Below are positions 59,379 through 64,000 of a DNA stretch of 64,000 nt, piece by piece (position 1 is the stretch's first letter; the number at the start of each line of letters is the position of its first letter). The position numbers were made by a program, and so were the translations under genes. Below the pieces are notes generated by a model. The model did no database searches, was not told the origin of the DNA, and saw only the letters and a program-made list of their open reading frames with translations. The DNA is from Selenomonadaceae bacterium. Lineage in GTDB: Bacteria; Bacillota; Clostridia; Oscillospirales; CAG-272. The stretch spans positions 16,421 to 80,420 of the forward strand of contig CAVBUH010000058.1 of assembly GCA_963598415.1 (NCBI GenBank), written 5' to 3'.

Positions 59379-59680
59379 CTTTAGTCATAAAAACCGCCGA
59401 CCAAACCGATGGCTTGTCCGGTGCTATAAAGGTAAGCTCCCGGTAGGGTGAAAGCCGTCGAAAAGCTTGATGCCTCTGCTACAAATGGAGGTTTTCACAT
59501 TTATGAGGATAGTCTCAGGTTTTGACTTGGAAGCAGATCAATCTGTAATATCTGATATCGAAAAGAAATGGAGAAAAATCGACAGAAGTCGGGAGCGTTT
59601 GGAGAAAATATAGCATTTATGAATAAGAAACGAAGTTTCTGATGACAATAAATAAAAATAAATTGCCGGAGGAAATTGGT

Positions 59681-59899
59681 ATGGATAATAAAAACGGTTT
59701 TGTGATTAACGACCGTGATCGTATTTTAAGAGCATGGCAAAACTCTACGGAACTGGTCAGAGACTATCAGAATTATGCAAATGAGATGCAGAAAAGCAAT
59801 AGGGAGCTGGCGGTGCTTTTTGCAGAATATGCAGAGGATGAGGCAATTCATGCCTCAAGGCTGCTTGAACTTCTTCAAGGCTTCGAAAGTCGTTCATAA
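59681..59899 (+). CDS. Hypothetical small protein (possibly a ferritin-like helical protein)
   Basis: GGAGG precedes ATG 59681. Contains the helical segment LAVLFAEYAEDEAIHASRLLELL. Weak family inference. Confidence 0.45.
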   Translation: MDNKNGFVINDRDRILRAWQNSTELVRDYQNYANEMQKSNRELAVLFAEYAEDEAIHASRLLELLQGFESRS

Positions 59900-59902
59900 A
59901 AG

Positions 59903-59943
59903 CAACGGGCTGACGGTGAAAATACCGCAGCCCGTTGTTTTTT
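59903..59943. terminator. Bidirectional intrinsic terminator
   Basis: 10 bp stem CAACGGGCTG / CAGCCCGTTG followed by TTTTTT. Lies between convergent genes. Confidence 0.8.
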
Positions 59944-59955
59944 ACTTATTAAAGA

Positions 59956-61173
59956 TTAAAAGTTTACTTCCGTATCATAATAGCAACATTTCAGAAGCTT
60001 TTCCATTTCTTCTTGAGAAGGAATTCTCGGGTTAGAACCGGTGCAAGCGTCTCCTATGGCGTTTTTTGCAATTTCCGGCAGACGTGAAAGGAAGACATCC
60101 TCCGGTACAAAACCGTTTTCGGTAGGATAGCTGTCAGCGCCGTAATTCTTTATGCAATGCGGGATGTTAAGGTCATCGTTCATTTTGCGCAGATAGGCAA
60201 TAAGGAGATTGACTTTTTCATCATCGTTTTTTCCGCCAAGTCCCATGAAATCCGCTATTACGCCATAGCGTTTTTTAGCCGTTTCGTTCTTTGCATTAAA
60301 TGCAATTACTTTGGGAAGATACATCGCATTGGCAGCGCCGTGTATAATATGCGCTCCGTAATCATCGAAAGCGGCTCCGGTCTTATGAGCCATAGAGTGA
60401 ACGATTCCGAGCAGCGCGTTTGAGAATGCCATTCCGGCGAGGCATTGGGCATTATGCATGGAATCACGTTTTGACATATCTCCGTTATAGGAATCAACAA
60501 GATCGTTCTCAATCATGCGTATAGCGTGAAGTGCAAGGGGATCCGTGAAATCACAGTTAGCGGTCGAAACATAAGCCTCAATTGCATGTGTCATAGCATC
60601 CATACCTGTATGAGCTACAAGCTTCTTTGGCATGGTTTCAGCCAAGTCGGGGTCAACGATTGCCACGTCGGGAGTAATCTCGAAATCCGCGATAGGATAT
60701 TTAATGCCCTTGGCATAATCGGTGATAATGGAGAAAGCTGTTACCTCGGTAGCAGTACCGGATGTAGAAGAAATTGCGCAGAAATGTGCTTTCTTACGGA
60801 GCTTGGGAAGACCGAATACTTTGCACATATCCTCAAAGGTAACCTCCGGATATTCGTATTTTATCCACATGGCTTTAGCGGCATCAATCGGAGATCCGCC
60901 GCCCATTGCGATAATCCAATCGGGTTGGAATTCAATCATTTTTTCCGCGCCCTTCATAACTGTCTCGACAGAGGGATCTGGTTCGATTCCTTCAATGAGC
61001 GCAATTTCCATGCCGGCTTCTTTCAGATAAGCTTCCGCCTTATCCAAAAAACCGAATTTTCTCATAGAGCTTCCGCCCACGCAGATGATCGCGCGCTTTC
61101 CTTCAAACGTTTTAAGAGCCTCCAGTGCTCCCTTTCCATGATACAAATCACGGGGGAGAGTAAATCTTGCCAT
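59956..61173 (-). CDS. Iron-containing alcohol dehydrogenase
   Basis: GGGSPIDAAKAM plus the Fe-ADH histidine motifs (HTGMDAMTHAIEAY, VHSMAHKTGA). Start set to ATG 61173 behind AAGGAGG. Confidence 0.9.
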   Translation of the reverse strand: MARFTLPRDLYHGKGALEALKTFEGKRAIICVGGSSMRKFGFLDKAEAYLKEAGMEIALIEGIEPDPSVETVMKGAEKMIEFQPDWIIAMGGGSPIDAAKAMWIKYEYPEVTFEDMCKVFGLPKLRKKAHFCAISSTSGTATEVTAFSIITDYAKGIKYPIADFEITPDVAIVDPDLAETMPKKLVAHTGMDAMTHAIEAYVSTANCDFTDPLALHAIRMIENDLVDSYNGDMSKRDSMHNAQCLAGMAFSNALLGIVHSMAHKTGAAFDDYGAHIIHGAANAMYLPKVIAFNAKNETAKKRYGVIADFMGLGGKNDDEKVNLLIAYLRKMNDDLNIPHCIKNYGADSYPTENGFVPEDVFLSRLPEIAKNAIGDACTGSNPRIPSQEEMEKLLKCCYYDTEVNF

Positions 61174-61357
61174 ATCGTATGACCTCCTTGAATTTTTACT
61201 GCGGAGTATGCTTAATGTATTATGCCCCGTCCGAGGTAGATTATATACCATTTTTTTCATTGTGTCAATACATCTGATAAAATTTTATCGATAATTTTTT
61301 ATTTATTTACATTCAAGACATATATGTTGTGCTTTAGTAATGAATATTATAACAGTG

Positions 61358-61386
61358 TTGACAAAAATATTCATTTATGCTACAAT
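61358..61386 (+). promoter_or_regulatory. Sigma-A type promoter candidate
   Basis: TTGACA (61358-61363), 17 nt spacer, TACAAT (61381-61386). Confidence 0.5.
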
Positions 61387-61526
61387 GAAAATGTCGAATG
61401 TGGTATTCAATATTCTTTGAGAAAAAGTTTTGTATAGTCTATTGTCGTTTTGAAGGTTTATAAAAATTACGTGTTCATCTGTAAAATAATGCTGAATGCC
61501 TGTGAATTGGCGGAGGAATATGATCA

Positions 61527-62741
61527 ATGAAAAAGTTATATTTTATTTTAATCATTTCATCGCTTTTATTTATCCTTTTCGGATGCATTTCCAAAAAGAA
61601 TCGAATTCCTGCCGAAACTGTACTGAAGCTTGGCGCAGAAAAAAAACCGGTTACGGTATCCATATCATCGCTTCCAGAGGGATATTCCACAGTTTTAGAA
61701 GATAAAGCAGAAATCAAAAAGCTGTATGAAACCCTCATGACTTTGAAGTTGACAAAAGCTGAGAGCGCTGAAGTGAATCAGATGACGGGAATGACTTGGG
61801 TAATCGTTCTGTCCGATTCTTCCGGAAAGCAAAAAGTCGTTTATTTTTTCGGAAAATACATTCGTACCGATGAAGATAAACAATGGTATGAGATGCTGAG
61901 CGAAGACAGAATAATGCTTGACAGAATTTTTGGGGAATATACTGCCGATTCCGGAACGGCGATCTTGCAGTATTGCGGATCGGAAGCGGTGACGGAAGAA
62001 GGAGACAGCGGTTATTATACAGGAGGTATCTCTCTCGGAAAAGATGATATTGAAATGCTTGTACGACTGTTTTCCTGACAGACGGAGTCAGAGCTTTGGG
62101 ATTGCGGATTTAATTATACTTTAAAGCTGGGCGATAAGGTATATCGAATTCAAACCCGATTCCGCGACAGGGAATGTTATTATGAGCATGAGGGAAAAGG
62201 GTTTATTGTGACGGGAGGCGACGCCAATACTCTTATTTCTCTTTGTCAAGCATATACAGCGGTGCAGAAAATGAATACATCGCTTCCAAAGGAAATGCCG
62301 GAGGATTTTTCTGTTCGTTTTGAAATGTGGATTATCGAAGGGCGGAAGAATATTCTTGATACCCGCGAGGGCTTTATTCAAAAGGATCTTGTCGCTGATG
62401 GAATTGCAGCAGCAGGAATCGATGCTGAGAATCTTCCGATGGAGGAGATATATTCAAAGCTGAAGTTGCTTTGTATGGATATGATAACGAAGGAGATGAC
62501 CTCTGCGCAGTTGACAAATGATAACACAATGGTAGATATTTCTCCGCTTATTCGCTATTCAATTCAATTTACGGCAAGCGGGAAAGCATATGCGGTATTC
62601 GGTGATGAGACTGCGCGAGCGTATATAGCTGAGAATGACGAAGCAGCACGGTTTATTATGGCTGCGGACTATTTATCTAATGTGATGATTTACTCTGATG
62701 AATATAAATCGTTGCCTGAAGCAGAGGGCGGATATGACTAA
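61527..62741 (+). pseudogene. Lipoprotein ORF interrupted by a single in-frame TGA (segments 61527-62078 and 62079-62741)
   Basis: Signal peptide with lipobox (LFILFGC). After TGA at 62076-62078, the same frame stays open for 129 nt up to the GTG at 62208 used by the ORF track, then continues to 62741. Confidence 0.5.
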
Positions 62742-62932
62742 TGAAAAATTTTCTGTCTGATGCCGGTCTGCATATTGGACTCGGAGGGCTGTTCTGTCAT
62801 TAAAAAATGCGTGAAGCATCAGTTATATCTGGCTTGCGGAAACAGATCCGGTAAGTTTTGCGCATCTTCTCGATGTAAAATTTGGAGAGCAAGTGCTTTT
62901 GCAGGAAGATGCTTGAATGCTTTCAGAAATAT

Positions 62933-63284
62933 TTAAGGCAATACCGCACAATTACCAACTAACGCCTTGACAGCACAGCTACTTGCCTATTTTCCGACAT
63001 TCGTCACAAAAAATAACGCAATAGGAGCCGCTATTGCCTATATTTTTGTGTTGGGCTGTTGCGTTAAGCAATAAGCCTGGCATTTTCCCGGTCGTGAAAA
63101 TGCCGAATCGGGTGTTTTTGACTGTATTTTCTTTGGATTATTATGAATTTAAATGGTCAAAATTGCGGATTGCATCCGCAAAACCCGACTTCGTGGGGTA
63201 GTCGCACGTTAGTGCGACAGCCCCTTGAATCCCAAAAACTATGACGGCGCATCTGCGCTGTCATAACCCGGCGGTATTACCTCA
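62933..63284 (-). mobile_element. MITE-like palindromic repeat, family 1, subfamily 2 (copy K), with ~170 bp of extra internal sequence
   Basis: Ends TTAAGGCAATACCGCACAATT ... AACCCGGCGGTATTACCTCA. The extra sequence at about 63053-63224 contains strong hairpins. Confidence 0.8.
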
Positions 63285-63524
63285 GCCCGATTCCAAGGGG
63301 GGAAACGGGGCTATGTTGAGGTGAACGGAAAGGAGCTTTTGCTGACGGAAAATGATTTTGTCGCCGTTACGAAGATTTGTGAGATATATAAGGATAACAG
63401 AAAAAAACGTTGCATTTGAAACAGAAAGGGAAGGGGCGATGGCAGTACCAATGAAATGCAACCTGCCGGAACCTTGGAACCAATAGTCTACGAGTTTTTC
63501 TGTATTTCTGTAATCAATAAACGC

Positions 63525-63566
63525 AACAACAGAGATATCGCAACCGTACGCGGTATCTCTGTTGTT
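63525..63566 (-). terminator. Stem-loop, terminator candidate for the PstS-like gene
   Basis: 13 bp perfect stem AACAACAGAGATA / TATCTCTGTTGTT. U-rich sequence follows only moderately on either strand. Confidence 0.4.
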
Positions 63567-63609
63567 TTCTTTAAACCGTTTGTGTATCTCCCGATTCATC
63601 ATTTTACAA

Positions 63610-64000
63610 TTATTTAATGGCGGTATACCCGGTTTTCTCTATGATGTATTGTCCTTCTTCGGAAAGAAGCCATTCAATCAGTATTGGTATATTGGGATTA
63701 TCATTTTCCTTGTCATAGACGGCATAAAACTGACTGACAATAGGATATCTTCCGTTTTTAATATTTTCCCTGTCGGGATATGCGCCGTTTACAGCAAGCA
63801 TCTTGACTCCGCTATTCTCTATGACGTCGGCAACATAATATCGGAAAGAAAAGCCGATGGCAGAGCCGATAAAGCTGTCATAGTCACGGATGGCTTTTTC
63901 TCCGTTCATGAATGCTAAAAATGCTGTTTGACTTCCGCTGCCTTCAATTCTTTGCAGCGCACTTATCGGAATATTTTTTCCTCCGAGCTGGGACCAATTT
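63610..64000 (-). CDS. Phosphate-binding (PstS-like, PBP2 type) substrate-binding protein, C-terminal part; 5' end lies outside the window
   Basis: The frame stays open to the window edge: NWSQLGGKNIPISALQRIEGSGSQTAFLAFMNGEKAI...YPIVSQFYAVY, typical of PstS-like binding proteins. Confidence 0.7.
   Translation of the reverse strand, partial: NWSQLGGKNIPISALQRIEGSGSQTAFLAFMNGEKAIRDYDSFIGSAIGFSFRYYVADVIENSGVKMLAVNGAYPDRENIKNGRYPIVSQFYAVYDKENDNPNIPILIEWLLSEEGQYIIEKTGYTAIK

Noticed and set aside
62076-62078. Selenocysteine decoding of the in-frame TGA.
   Set aside because: There is no convincing SECIS-like hairpin immediately downstream (only a 3 bp GAC/GTC stem), no sel genes in the window, and the protein context is not a redox motif. 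It remains formally untested.
6595-63284. A CRISPR array as the explanation for the recurring repeats.
   Set aside because: The units are ~180 bp and palindromic, are separated by kilobases of ordinary genes, occur in both orientations, and no cas genes are present.
63282-63602. A 106-codon minus-strand ORF between the PstS-like gene and repeat copy K.
   Set aside because: It has no ribosome-binding site, it contains the 13 bp perfect stem-loop at 63525-63566 that is more plausibly the upstream gene's terminator, and its 3' end runs into the repeat terminus.

Overview
This is a 64 kb chromosomal segment of a low to moderate GC Firmicute. Gene content (divIC, DUF421/DUF4363, LysM-GH18 YaaH-like, DUF1540, tig-clpP-clpX, pflBA) suggests a spore-forming member of the Clostridia; that is an inference. 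I call about 55 protein genes, mostly housekeeping (ispE, trmK, pyk, thrC, tig, clpP, clpX, rlmB, purB, purA, pflB, pflA, holA, an EF-G2-type paralog), plus one tRNA-Gln(UUG). I see no rRNA, no CRISPR array, no intact transposase or integrase, and no recognisable defence or prophage module. The unusual content is mostly non-coding. (1) A ~180 bp palindromic MITE-like repeat with TTAAGGCAATACCGC termini occurs in 11 full, interrupted or partial copies in two subfamilies, all intergenic and several directly against stop codons. (2) A second small element (141 bp, its own inverted termini, duplicated TTCA) is nested inside one of those copies. (3) A 1.97 kb foreign-looking cassette (decayed ORFs plus an intact transaldolase/FSA-type gene) interrupts another copy at exactly the same TGAA/TTCA site, starts with a related terminus, and is bracketed by a 415 bp near-identical direct repeat. 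Other oddities are a 945 aa P-type-ATPase-like protein with all catalytic signatures degenerate, a 3'-truncated GH27 gene, a lipoprotein ORF split by one in-frame TGA, an EF-G2 paralog behind a long leader, and an AT-rich islet on the 3' side of tRNA-Gln. All product calls come from motif recognition by eye; no database search was run.
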